IMG/VR virus record: IMGVR_UViG_3300042861_001913
Reading direction: 5' to 3' (one strand)
Source: a virus
Length of the DNA stretch: 64,000 nucleotides
Shown: positions 37,122 to 46,195 of the stretch, piece by piece
Position numbering within the stretch: the first letter of the stretch is position 1
Layout of the letters: every line of letters begins with the position of its first letter
Made by a program: the position numbers and the translations under genes
The notes under the pieces: model-generated
Told to the model about the DNA's origin: nothing
What the model saw: the letters and a program-made list of their open reading frames with translations, nothing else
Database searches by the model: none

Positions 37122-37969
37122 TAGAAATTAACTCCATGTCCTACGTTAATAGTGAATAGTCCATTATCCCGCCACATTCTTAATACCTGTGGTCTATCAT
37201 CAATTACAGCATGAACATTATAAACATTCTTGATATACGCTTCATATATCTCCTGTTTAACTACACTATCCTTACGTTGATCAAGTTCAGCACGCATATA
37301 CAACGCATCATATCTAATGTTATGTTTATCTAACCAACTAATAGTCTGATCTTTCCAAGTATCCTTACGTCCTGATACTAATACTATTTTCTTACTCGGA
37401 TAATACAACTTATATAACTCATAGACTGGTTCATTAAGTAGGTCATCCTCGCACGTACTAGCATCATAGGGATTACGACCATTAAGTAGACTTAGAGTAC
37501 CGTCAAGGTCAATTATGACGCAATCTGGAAGACCTTCTATTCTAGCTGCACTAGGAGGATCAACATACAGATATTTATCGTACATACCACGAATAACAGC
37601 TTCACCTACTGAGTTAGTTCGAGTTAGATCACGTTTAATGCACTCAGATAGAGGAACGGTAAGAAAACTATTATTGATGATTAATTCAGCTTTACCTTCA
37701 ATTAATGCGGCAATTCTAGTCTTATGCTTTGGACAAAGGTGCGTATTATCAAGTATCACATTATACCCATTACTAAGTGCCTCTAGTATTAGTAATTCCT
37801 CACATTGAATAACAAACTTCTCATTTTTCTTACTGTATACGCCGTTGTCCATCATGGTGCGAATATCGTCTTTATTAATACGCTTCCATCCAGGTACATC
37901 GGTAACTAATTGTATAGCGTATGTAGTTTTACCAGATCCAGGTAAGCCAACTGTCATAATTACTTGCAT
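37121..37969 (-). CDS. polynucleotide 5'-kinase/3'-phosphatase (T4 Pnkp architecture)
   Basis: N-terminal GLPGSGKTTYA kinase P-loop and C-terminal VIIDLDGTL HAD phosphatase motif. Confidence 0.8.
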   Translation of the reverse strand: MQVIMTVGLPGSGKTTYAIQLVTDVPGWKRINKDDIRTMMDNGVYSKKNEKFVIQCEELLILEALSNGYNVILDNTHLCPKHKTRIAALIEGKAELIINNSFLTVPLSECIKRDLTRTNSVGEAVIRGMYDKYLYVDPPSAARIEGLPDCVIIDLDGTLSLLNGRNPYDASTCEDDLLNEPVYELYKLYYPSKKIVLVSGRKDTWKDQTISWLDKHNIRYDALYMRAELDQRKDSVVKQEIYEAYIKNVYNVHAVIDDRPQVLRMWRDNGLFTINVGHGVNF

Positions 37970-39036
37970 AATTTCATCAACTCCTCAAAATTCTTTAACA
38001 ACAACTTAGATAGTGCTTCTTTAACTGACTTACTATGACCATCTCTAATTGAGAATAGGATAACTTTCCATTTGATGTTAGAGATAGCTATTGCAAACTG
38101 TTTCTTATCGGTGATTTTAGCGAACTCATTTAAATCATGTTCAATTAACTCACATAACTTATTGTATTTAGTTAAGTAGTTATTGTAGATGCTACTAAAT
38201 TCATGGAAGTAACTGATAAACTCATTACCTTCACCTGTTCTAACTAACTCTAATATGTCACGTTTGGTAACGCTTGATTTAATCCTATGATATTTAACAT
38301 AATCATCGTGTTTTAATTTAACTCGTTTCCAAGTACACCATTCTACTATTACATAACCTTCATTATGTAATCCATCTAACTTAACTAACTCATCTCTAAC
38401 TTCATCTATAGTTAAACCATATTCAAGATAGTCAACTAACTTAAACGAAGTGAACTTAGGTTGTGCTATCGACTCCTCACGTAATGTAGTTCTATTTCTA
38501 ACTCCAATTAAAGTTAATGAGTTACTACTATGTGATACAACTACTGGATTAAATGGTGTACATAACTCAAACATATACGTATAGTTAACATCAAAGTCAT
38601 CTAATTTATATGATTCTTGCATAAATACAGTCCATGCAAGTTCAGCAAATGTAACACTATAATCAAGTATAGTTCCACCAGCATCAGGAGATCCAGTAGT
38701 TGCAACTAACCATTCATCATTGTAGTAATACATAATGATTAGACTGCCATCTAACTTCTTATAAGCATAAGAGTTATCGAAGTCTATTTCTGCTGCACAT
38801 GATTCACCATAGTTATAGAATCTATCAAATGGATATGCTACAACATTCCAATCATTAGCTTCATCTAATATTAATCCGCGACATTCAGTTACTATTGGAT
38901 GATAATAGGGTGATGTAACATTCCAATAACATAATCCAACTAGATTAGGATATTTAGTATGTCGTCTAACTTGTATTCCTAATTCGGCGGTTAAGTCTTT
39001 TAATGACTTAGTTCGGAGATATTCTTGTACTAGCAT
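37960..39036 (-). CDS. ATP-dependent RNA ligase (T4 Rnl1-like)
   Basis: KKLDGSL (motif I), YMFELC (III), NEGYVIV (IV) and RVKLKHDDY (V). Confidence 0.75.
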   Translation of the reverse strand: MLVQEYLRTKSLKDLTAELGIQVRRHTKYPNLVGLCYWNVTSPYYHPIVTECRGLILDEANDWNVVAYPFDRFYNYGESCAAEIDFDNSYAYKKLDGSLIIMYYYNDEWLVATTGSPDAGGTILDYSVTFAELAWTVFMQESYKLDDFDVNYTYMFELCTPFNPVVVSHSSNSLTLIGVRNRTTLREESIAQPKFTSFKLVDYLEYGLTIDEVRDELVKLDGLHNEGYVIVEWCTWKRVKLKHDDYVKYHRIKSSVTKRDILELVRTGEGNEFISYFHEFSSIYNNYLTKYNKLCELIEHDLNEFAKITDKKQFAIAISNIKWKVILFSIRDGHSKSVKEALSKLLLKNFEELMKLCK

Positions 39037-39221
39037 ATTGGTTGAATAAAGTTATCCCAACTACGATTTATTGAATAATTATCAGCTATATCTTTTAATT
39101 GTCGCTTAGTTTGTTGTCTGATTCTATGACGAATGTTACAAAGACGAGATTGATTGTAATATCTATTATCATTTGGACAACTTCCAAACTTAATTAACAC
39201 GCGTTTATTGTTAATCATCAT
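39030..39221 (-). CDS. small basic hypothetical protein
   Basis: Co-oriented; its ATG lies directly after a terminator T-run. Confidence 0.45.
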   Translation of the reverse strand: MMINNKRVLIKFGSCPNDNRYYNQSRLCNIRHRIRQQTKRQLKDIADNYSINRSWDNFIQPIC

Positions 39222-39249
39222 TAAAAAGTGCAGCTATTACTAACTGCAC
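39222..39249 (-). terminator. Rho-independent terminator-like hairpin
   Basis: Minus strand reads GTGCAG-ttagtaatag-CTGCAC followed by TTTTTAATG. Confidence 0.5.
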
Positions 39250-39257
39250 TAACTAAG

Positions 39258-39500
39258 TTAAATTTCGCTAACTACATCATATCTAGATTTAAAAGAATTG
39301 TATCTTCTAGGTTCTAGATGAAATGATGGTAACTCTATTAATCCACGACATTCATGATAGACATAATTAGGACTTGATTGGCGAGATTCTACAACATGGA
39401 TAACCTTAAATCCCGCATCATAAATTAATATAAGTCTATATGGATTGCCGGATCTATCGTTATTACGACTAATTACTTGATATGCTACAGCATCGTTCAT
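39258..39500 (-). CDS. hypothetical protein
   Basis: Co-oriented ORF. Confidence 0.5.
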   Translation of the reverse strand: MNDAVAYQVISRNNDRSGNPYRLILIYDAGFKVIHVVESRQSSPNYVYHECRGLIELPSFHLEPRRYNSFKSRYDVVSEI

Positions 39501-40327
39501 ACAGGAATCTTCTTAGTTGCAGGTACAACTGGTAATGGATTACTACCTAATGATGTGAATATCTTATCCCAATGTACAGTTAACTCTTTAGTTGTTGGAT
39601 CTAATTCACTAATCACAAATTCACTATTACGTAAATGTTCACTTCTAGCACCAGTAGCAATATTAGATTCATCAGTAAGAAAACTAATTATATTCTGATT
39701 CTTATTTTTCTTACTACGATACATATACCCAATAGCATCGGCGTTAGCTACTGTGTATAATTTAAGACTTCCTGTTAACTGAATATCCTTCACATCTAAC
39801 TCTGTTTTCTCATCAGACGTTACTTTAATGTGACCACTGAGAATAAGAGCTTTACCTGCTAAACCTTTAAATGGTTCAACGATGTCAATAAATGCCCGTC
39901 TAAGTAGACCATAACCAGCACCTTTAGGTAACTCAGTTACATCCTTTCCCGTGAAGTTCTTACCAATAGGCGACTTCTTATACTCGAATGTAGCCTTAGC
40001 AAGAGCAAGTGCTTCAATTGCAGTTAATGTATCAAGTGCAATGTAATCATATATGGGTTTACCAGCTTTAACGTTTTCAGCTTTAATTAACTTAGCTGTT
40101 TCTTCTAATAATGAACCTAAACCAGTACCGCTAGTAGCAACTTCTTTGCGTAAGTTAAGTTTAGTACCATCATAATATTCACTACCATCTTCTAGGTCAA
40201 TAAGTAGACTATTAGGTAATTTAAGTAAATTTGACGACTTACCTATTTTGGTATTACTTAGTAACACTAAAATACGTGGATCTGTATTAGCTGCAACTGT
40301 ACTTGTTCTTGGTAATATTAAAGCCAT
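39497..40327 (-). CDS. Sak4-like / AAA_24 recombination ATPase
   Basis: ILVLLSNTKIGKSS P-loop followed by LLIDLEDG. Confidence 0.45.
   Translation of the reverse strand: MALILPRTSTVAANTDPRILVLLSNTKIGKSSNLLKLPNSLLIDLEDGSEYYDGTKLNLRKEVATSGTGLGSLLEETAKLIKAENVKAGKPIYDYIALDTLTAIEALALAKATFEYKKSPIGKNFTGKDVTELPKGAGYGLLRRAFIDIVEPFKGLAGKALILSGHIKVTSDEKTELDVKDIQLTGSLKLYTVANADAIGYMYRSKKNKNQNIISFLTDESNIATGARSEHLRNSEFVISELDPTTKELTVHWDKIFTSLGSNPLPVVPATKKIPV
39675..39714. repeat. inverted pair of the iterated 9-mer (GTAAGAAAA ... TTTTCTTAC)
   Basis: GTAAGAAAA at 39675-39683 and TTTTCTTAC at 39706-39714, 22 nt apart, inside the Sak4-like gene. Confidence 0.8.
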
Positions 40328-40334
40328 GATAAAT

Positions 40335-40541
40335 CTATCCTAATTGTTCTAAATAAACTGGTTCAACTACGTCATTAATCTTAACTAAAGTACATTTAAC
40401 ATTTAGTGCTAATTGTATTTCAGCTACTTCACCATATAATACCACACTTTCAACAGTAGCTGTAGTATTTAGAAAGTGAACTCTATCGCCTTTAGTTAAG
40501 GTTTGACCATATTCACGTAACACGGTTGTCATTATCCACAT
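40335..40541 (-). CDS. hypothetical protein
   Basis: Co-oriented ORF. Confidence 0.5.
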   Translation of the reverse strand: MWIMTTVLREYGQTLTKGDRVHFLNTTATVESVVLYGEVAEIQLALNVKCTLVKINDVVEPVYLEQLG

Positions 40542-40816
40542 TAGAGTTTCTCCAGTATGTCAAGGTAATTTAATTGAGGTTCATTAGTATCAGGTAACTC
40601 ATTATATATATGCGACCCTACATCTTCAAAATGTCTATCAAAGTCATTTTCTAATTTATCCTCATTGTCTTCTAAATCAGAAAAATCAGCAGATATTGAT
40701 CTAACAATGTAACGATTTATTTGAGCGTGAGTTAATCTATTATCTATTTCCTCAATATTTCCACCATATACATTATGTTCAATCATCCAATCTCTAATAT
40801 CTTTTTTAGTTATCAT
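40541..40816 (-). CDS. small acidic protein, paralogue of 40813..41064, YxxILxxL tail
   Basis: MITKKDIRDWMIEHNVYGG...NYLDILEKL. Confidence 0.6.
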   Translation of the reverse strand: MITKKDIRDWMIEHNVYGGNIEEIDNRLTHAQINRYIVRSISADFSDLEDNEDKLENDFDRHFEDVGSHIYNELPDTNEPQLNYLDILEKL

Positions 40817-41064
40817 AATTTATCCAGTATGTCAAGATAGTTAATAGTAGGTTCACCGTCTGGTAAATTGTTATAAATACTATTTCCGATCTCTCTAAAG
40901 TAAGCATCAAACTTAGATTCCCAATTATCATCAAAGTTACATGATATACTTCTAAGTGTTTTATCACCTTTATCTCTTAGTCGTTTGTCTACTTTTTGAA
41001 CACAATCAACATTATATACATTGTTATTAATCATCCAGTCTCTAACATCTTTCTTAGTAAACAT
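40813..41064 (-). CDS. small acidic protein, paralogue of 40541..40816, YxxILxxL tail
   Basis: MFTKKDVRDWMINNNVYNV...NYLDILDKL. Confidence 0.6.
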   Translation of the reverse strand: MFTKKDVRDWMINNNVYNVDCVQKVDKRLRDKGDKTLRSISCNFDDNWESKFDAYFREIGNSIYNNLPDGEPTINYLDILDKL

Positions 41065-41066
41065 AC

Positions 41067-41339
41067 TTATCTCTCAACAGTTACAGTTAAACCTTCAGCT
41101 ACCAATTGATCTCTACTTAATTCAGCAAACGGTTCGGTATATTCTCCTATTAGAGCTTTACCATTAAGATGAGCATCCATCATAATTTGATAACTCTTAT
41201 CATTACTGAATCTCATAACACTACTTAATATCTCTACTACAACTTCAGCAGGAAATATGCTGTCATCATGTAGAATCAACTTAACCATTGGAGCATTGTT
41301 AACAAATGTAAATGGCTCTCTATCTAATACTGCATTCAT
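41067..41339 (-). CDS. clpS: ClpS-like ATP-dependent Clp protease adaptor
   Basis: VKLILHDDSIFPAEVVVEILSSVMRFSNDKSYQIMMDAHLNGKALIGEY aligns with E. coli ClpS [24 protein letters not shown]...ATQLMLAVHYQGKAICGVF. Confidence 0.7.
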   Translation of the reverse strand: MNAVLDREPFTFVNNAPMVKLILHDDSIFPAEVVVEILSSVMRFSNDKSYQIMMDAHLNGKALIGEYTEPFAELSRDQLVAEGLTVTVER

Positions 41340-41686
41340 GATAAAGTCTCCTCGTAATTGTTTAATGCTACTTGATATACGAATAATGCAGCTATTTGAC
41401 CACGTAATACTGCATTACGATTAATTATCCATTGTTGATAATCAATTTCAATGTAATCTAGAGCAGGATCACTAGATTCTAATCGGAGTTGATGAAGACG
41501 ATGATCTGCATTACGTTGAGCTATTTGTAATTCAATATCTCGAATTAAATACTCACATTTAAGTATGGCAGTTCGGAGTCTACTTAATGTTAGAAATTTA
41601 GGAAACTCTGTCCAATTGATAGTCTTAATGTCTAGAAAGCGAGGGATTTTGATGCGTTGGTCTGTTCCAGTTGTAGTAGTAACCAT
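41336..41686 (-). CDS. hypothetical protein
   Basis: Co-oriented ORF. Confidence 0.5.
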   Translation of the reverse strand: MVTTTTGTDQRIKIPRFLDIKTINWTEFPKFLTLSRLRTAILKCEYLIRDIELQIAQRNADHRLHQLRLESSDPALDYIEIDYQQWIINRNAVLRGQIAALFVYQVALNNYEETLS

Positions 41687-43092
41687 GATATGACAGCCTC
41701 AATTCGTGTTTTAATAGTTGGATATTTGTCAGGTGTCGTGTTGTTGAATGATTTACATTGAACTAATCTCCAATCAGTTATATTATCAGTTCTAGAATAT
41801 TCACCTTGAGTAAATTCACAAGTAAATCTATACTTATCAATCCTAATACTGAAGATGCGGCGATTCTCATTAAGTGAATTAGAATAACCACCTACACAGT
41901 GATTATTGTATCTACCTTCATCTAGTAACTGAAGTGACGTAACTAACTCAATTACTTCACATTCTAGGTAATGTCTATTAATTGGTAATGGAGTTACAAG
42001 TACCTTATTTAATCTAGTTTTAGCAGAGTTAATTTTTTCAGTTATCTTTAACTTAATTAAATCAATACATAGAGAATCCGAATAAAAGTCATTCTCCAAT
42101 ATACCGATAACCCATTTACCTTCAACAGTAACTAGATTCTCAATGAACTTAAATAACTCTAATTGTTTATCTAGATTAAGATACTTAAACCAATTAGTAA
42201 TTCCACAATGTTCATTAGTAAACTTACCTAATCGCGCCAATTGAGTTTTCCAACCTTTTGGAAGAGTAAGAAAATAGGTATCATTAGTTATGCAAGCATT
42301 ACATAACGTGATGTATTTAAGTAACTCTAACCATTGTTCCTTCTGATGCTTCTTAACTCCATTACCATATAGTCGTTGAAATACTATGTTCCAGTGTTTA
42401 TCATTAAATGTTAATGACTTTAACTCAGGTATTACATAATTAGAAATAACTTCAATTGGTTTAGTATCAACTAATTTAAAGTAATTAGATATCAAATTCA
42501 ACTCATCTTCATTAATAAATGATGGTACTTTAATAGCTGTTGGAGCATACCGTGGATTAATATGTGCGATATAACCAACTATCTTATCTACATCTAAATA
42601 AGCATCGGGATATTGACGTTTCTTCTTCAGTAATCTAAATAAAGTAAATTTAGAGGTATTGAAGTTAACTACTTCTATTTGTCGTGTTACTAGAAATGCC
42701 GCAAATTCTGGTCTATATATTAATTGTTTAGTAGCTAGATCAATACCAATCATGCAACAATTAATATCGAATGTGTCAATGATATTAGTTAGTTTACTAT
42801 TAATTGAATAAATATCAACATAGTTAATATTATCAACTCTACTAACATTAAAGATTGTAAAATGCTTATCTTGGTAATATAAGTTTTTAATTTTATGAGT
42901 TGTTCGATAATAGTCACAATTTTCTTGTGTAACTAATCTAAATACATCTATATCACCATACTCTGATTTAAGTCCAGTTACTGCACTATATACAATAGAT
43001 GCAATTGCTCCACCAGCTACAACACCTTCATTTGGTAGTTCTGGTAATTGAGATAGAATAAAGTCACTTGTGATAGTATCTAAAGTCATCAT
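41632..43092 (-). CDS. hypothetical protein with nucleotidyltransferase-like N-terminus and PcfJ-like C-terminus
   Basis: N-terminal AGGAIASIV...GDIDVF (GG...DxD pattern) and C-terminal NNHCVGGYSN...IFSIR. Both are weak eye-only calls. Confidence 0.35.
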   Translation of the reverse strand: MMTLDTITSDFILSQLPELPNEGVVAGGAIASIVYSAVTGLKSEYGDIDVFRLVTQENCDYYRTTHKIKNLYYQDKHFTIFNVSRVDNINYVDIYSINSKLTNIIDTFDINCCMIGIDLATKQLIYRPEFAAFLVTRQIEVVNFNTSKFTLFRLLKKKRQYPDAYLDVDKIVGYIAHINPRYAPTAIKVPSFINEDELNLISNYFKLVDTKPIEVISNYVIPELKSLTFNDKHWNIVFQRLYGNGVKKHQKEQWLELLKYITLCNACITNDTYFLTLPKGWKTQLARLGKFTNEHCGITNWFKYLNLDKQLELFKFIENLVTVEGKWVIGILENDFYSDSLCIDLIKLKITEKINSAKTRLNKVLVTPLPINRHYLECEVIELVTSLQLLDEGRYNNHCVGGYSNSLNENRRIFSIRIDKYRFTCEFTQGEYSRTDNITDWRLVQCKSFNNTTPDKYPTIKTRIEAVISWLLLQLEQTNASKSLAF

Positions 43093-43120
43093 AATTAAAA
43101 TGGGGTAAATTAATTACCCC
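43093..43120 (-). terminator. Rho-independent terminator-like hairpin
   Basis: GGGGTAA-attaa-TTACCCC, followed on the minus strand by ATTTTAATT. Confidence 0.5.
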
Positions 43121-43128
43121 AACTAAGG

Positions 43129-43524
43129 TTACTCTATGTCTAATAAATCATCTACATCTTCTACTACATCTTCTGCAACTGGAACATCAGTTAATTGATT
43201 TACAACTAATGCAAGTGATTCACCTTTAGTTTTCCAATCAACTAAACTACTAATTAACTTCAATAACTCAACATTAGTATAATTAAGTTCCTTAAACTCA
43301 TCAACTATACGTGTTGAAGCATTCATAACTTCAGGATATAATGTGAGTATTGCTGCTAGTATTAATTCAAACTTACTCTTAATGTCAGTACCACATGACT
43401 CAGCATACTTGAGGATACCTGTTTTACTACGTTTAGGAACACCTGCTATTAAGGCTGCTATCTTTTTTCTAGTTTCATCATCCAATCCCAACTCAACCAA
43501 TGAATTTTCTATGTTATTAGCCAC
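43129..43524 (-). CDS. hypothetical protein (start moved to GTG at 43524)
   Basis: The listed ORF starts at the GTG at 43593. An in-frame GTG at 43524 has GGAGAA 7 nt upstream. The alternative start cannot be excluded. Confidence 0.4.
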   Translation of the reverse strand: MANNIENSLVELGLDDETRKKIAALIAGVPKRSKTGILKYAESCGTDIKSKFELILAAILTLYPEVMNASTRIVDEFKELNYTNVELLKLISSLVDWKTKGESLALVVNQLTDVPVAEDVVEDVDDLLDIE

Positions 43525-43864
43525 GATTGATTTCTCCAAAATTATAAGTGATCTTGCGCCTATCCTATCTGCTGCTGTTACGGGAATCGGCACTTATTTT
43601 CTTACCCGTAACAATAATGGTGATAAACTATCTCAACGTGAATACGACTATATAACTCAAGAGCGTAATCGTATTCAAGTATTAATAAATGATGAAATAA
43701 CTCAGATACGTAAAGATAAGGATGAATTACGTACTGAATTGATTGAGATACGTAATAAGTTAACTGAGTTAGAGAAAGTTGAAGATGAATGTCAACTTAA
43801 ACTATATCAGGCTCAAGTTATTATTACTCAACTACGGGATCATAACGCATCTAATATGTCTTGA
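43511..43864 (+). CDS. membrane-anchored coiled-coil protein (TM + heptad repeats)
   Basis: No usable minus-strand ORF covers the gap 43594-43839. The + frame encodes the IISDLAPILSAAVTGIGTYFL TM segment and then a long coiled coil. The first ATG is at 43511. Confidence 0.4.
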   Translation: MLLATIDFSKIISDLAPILSAAVTGIGTYFLTRNNNGDKLSQREYDYITQERNRIQVLINDEITQIRKDKDELRTELIEIRNKLTELEKVEDECQLKLYQAQVIITQLRDHNASNMS

Positions 43865-44118
43865 TAACTAACATTAGATGATGTAACATTATCATCTAAT
43901 AAATCAGCGTATGTTAGATGAAGATAATCCCGTAAATCTTCTCTATACTTATACCTACTCGTCGAAAATATCCATTCGGTACATATCTTATCTAATGTGT
44001 AACGAGATGGATAACGTAATAGCAATTTAGTAAGGAAGTTATATGATGTTTCATCTAACTCAACTAGATACTTCAAATACTGCTCTTTAGTCATCATATT
44101 GACCGATAGAAATAGCAT
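43840..44118 (-). CDS. small protein with YxxILxxL tail
   Basis: Ends ...NVSYQDILDAL. Confidence 0.55.
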   Translation of the reverse strand: MLFLSVNMMTKEQYLKYLVELDETSYNFLTKLLLRYPSRYTLDKICTEWIFSTSRYKYREDLRDYLHLTYADLLDDNVTSSNVSYQDILDAL

Positions 44119-44182
44119 TAAATTGACGAATATTTCTAACTAGATAGTTACGAAAATCTCCACCTTCAAACTTAGTCATAAG

Positions 44183-44689
44183 TTACCAATCATAAGAATC
44201 CTCTGGGTTATTGAAACACCGAAAGATATAATCTTCCTCTGCATCATAACCATTTAAATCCTCATGTATTACTTGACATTCACGGTTATTACCTGAATAC
44301 CACACTTTAACATTTACTACACGTCGCATTTGTAATCGATCATTAATCACATAAATAATTTGTCCAATTTTAGGTATCCAGAACTTATCTGATACATTAA
44401 CCGTTCTACATCTATCTCGCCAACTAACAGCATCAGATTTATTATGATATAACTTTCCTTGAAATTTCCAAGCTGGAACTTCTTCAATGTCACCGAGATT
44501 ATTAGCATAGTAAATATCATTAGTTAGATACTTAGCTATGTTAACTAACTCATTATATTCATTGTAGTTAGCTATCTTGAATGTATTAAGTTTATCAGGA
44601 TCTATCACATCACCTCGTAATAGTCCATTGAATATAATAGCAGCTAACTCAGTATCAACACAACGATCAATAACAGGTCTATAATCCAT
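44183..44689 (-). CDS. hypothetical protein
   Basis: Co-oriented ORF. Confidence 0.55.
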   Translation of the reverse strand: MDYRPVIDRCVDTELAAIIFNGLLRGDVIDPDKLNTFKIANYNEYNELVNIAKYLTNDIYYANNLGDIEEVPAWKFQGKLYHNKSDAVSWRDRCRTVNVSDKFWIPKIGQIIYVINDRLQMRRVVNVKVWYSGNNRECQVIHEDLNGYDAEEDYIFRCFNNPEDSYDW

Positions 44690-45005
44690 AATACACTCCA
44701 GGTTTAGGTAAATCTCTATCAGGTAATCCAGTTATAATTGTAATTATCTCTAAATCAATACTAGGTATATAATTACTTAAATACATAGAATTACATGACT
44801 TAAATGCTGTAAATAAATCAATTTCTCTATTAAAGAACTTATCATCTACAGGTAAGAAAACATAGGATTGATAATCATCTTCTTGTTCTAAACATAATGC
44901 TAGATGTTTAACACCGTTATAATTAACAATTCCCATCATTAAAAAATCATACCATTCAGTATCTAATTGATATAGTAGTTTATTCATTCCAGTAATCGTA
45001 CTCAT
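44679..45005 (-). CDS. hypothetical protein
   Basis: Co-oriented ORF. Confidence 0.5.
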   Translation of the reverse strand: MSTITGMNKLLYQLDTEWYDFLMMGIVNYNGVKHLALCLEQEDDYQSYVFLPVDDKFFNREIDLFTAFKSCNSMYLSNYIPSIDLEIITIITGLPDRDLPKPGVYYGL

Positions 45006-45756
45006 TAATTGCTAATTTAGAAACAGTTTCAACTACAGCCGCCAAATCACACTGGTATAAATTGCTACATGATAGGCTGTTCAACTCAAGTACATGATAA
45101 CTACCATTGGCGAAACATACATCTACTGTATAGATATCATCTGGACACCAAGTTAATTCATTTAATATTGATTGAAGATATTCAATTGCTGCGTTAGATG
45201 TTACATTTGTTTCAATTGGCAGATATTGAGATCCTGCAACGATAGTATTACCAGTAACTACAAATCTCCACTCCAAATCTACTTTTTTAACTGGTGAACT
45301 AATAACTAGTAACTCAGGATGGAGATTCAACTTAATGAACTCATCTCTAGTATAAGTTCCACCATTAAACTCCTTGAATCCAATATCAGGTCGAACAAAT
45401 AATCTATCAGCATACCATCGTCTAATTAACTCAGATCCTGACATCATGGTGTAATTGGTATTCAACATATACTTACCCCAGTAAGCATAATATGTTGAAC
45501 AATTAAAGTTATCACGGTTACAATATGTGCCAGGAATCCATAGTGTGTACTCCACTTCACTACTTACATTAAGTGAACCTCTGAATATAACTGGTTGACT
45601 TAGTAGTTTAGTATATCGTTGATTACGTGCTATATCGTCAACGTAGTAATCATGCTTATAATCAATCTCAATCACATTATGACCTTGTTTTCTTACCTCT
45701 TCAATAAGTTGAACTTCGTTATCAAATATACCATGTTCAATAACCCAAGTGACCAT
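44980..45756 (-). CDS. ATP-grasp-like protein
   Basis: LFVRPDIGFKEFNGGTY...EWRFVV...YHVLELNS resembles the ATP-grasp core strands (weak). Confidence 0.4.
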   Translation of the reverse strand: MVTWVIEHGIFDNEVQLIEEVRKQGHNVIEIDYKHDYYVDDIARNQRYTKLLSQPVIFRGSLNVSSEVEYTLWIPGTYCNRDNFNCSTYYAYWGKYMLNTNYTMMSGSELIRRWYADRLFVRPDIGFKEFNGGTYTRDEFIKLNLHPELLVISSPVKKVDLEWRFVVTGNTIVAGSQYLPIETNVTSNAAIEYLQSILNELTWCPDDIYTVDVCFANGSYHVLELNSLSCSNLYQCDLAAVVETVSKLAINEYDYWNE

Positions 45757-45758
45757 AA

Positions 45759-45950
45759 TTATTCTCCTAATGGATAAATGTCATCTAAAAACACTAACTT
45801 AACCCAATACATATCTAATGTAAAATCCTTAGTTATTGATACTACATCAGCATAAGTACCCCAGAAATAAACATAACCAGTATCTAATAACCTGAGAGCT
45901 TCTGACTCAGTAAGAAAAATAGTTATGGTTCTGATTGATGTAAATATCAT
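45759..45950 (-). CDS. hypothetical protein
   Basis: Co-oriented ORF. Confidence 0.45.
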   Translation of the reverse strand: MIFTSIRTITIFLTESEALRLLDTGYVYFWGTYADVVSITKDFTLDMYWVKLVFLDDIYPLGE

Positions 45951-46195
45951 GAGTTTAAGTAATCATATTCTTCCCAATACTTATCTCTGAATTTATAAAG
46001 TATCTCTAAATTTTCATTACCGTAATCACCTAATGACAACACTCTATTAATAGTATATTGCCAATGATGAGCTTTATCATAATAAGGTGTTATTTTAATG
46101 TGACAGTAACATCCATCAACTGCAACATCATATATCTGATTAGCTAATATCCAAGTGTCACGATGGGCTAATTTAGCTGCATTATGAGAATCCAT
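45947..46195 (-). CDS. hypothetical protein
   Basis: ATGA overlap with the downstream ORF. Confidence 0.5.
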   Translation of the reverse strand: MDSHNAAKLAHRDTWILANQIYDVAVDGCYCHIKITPYYDKAHHWQYTINRVLSLGDYGNENLEILYKFRDKYWEEYDYLNS

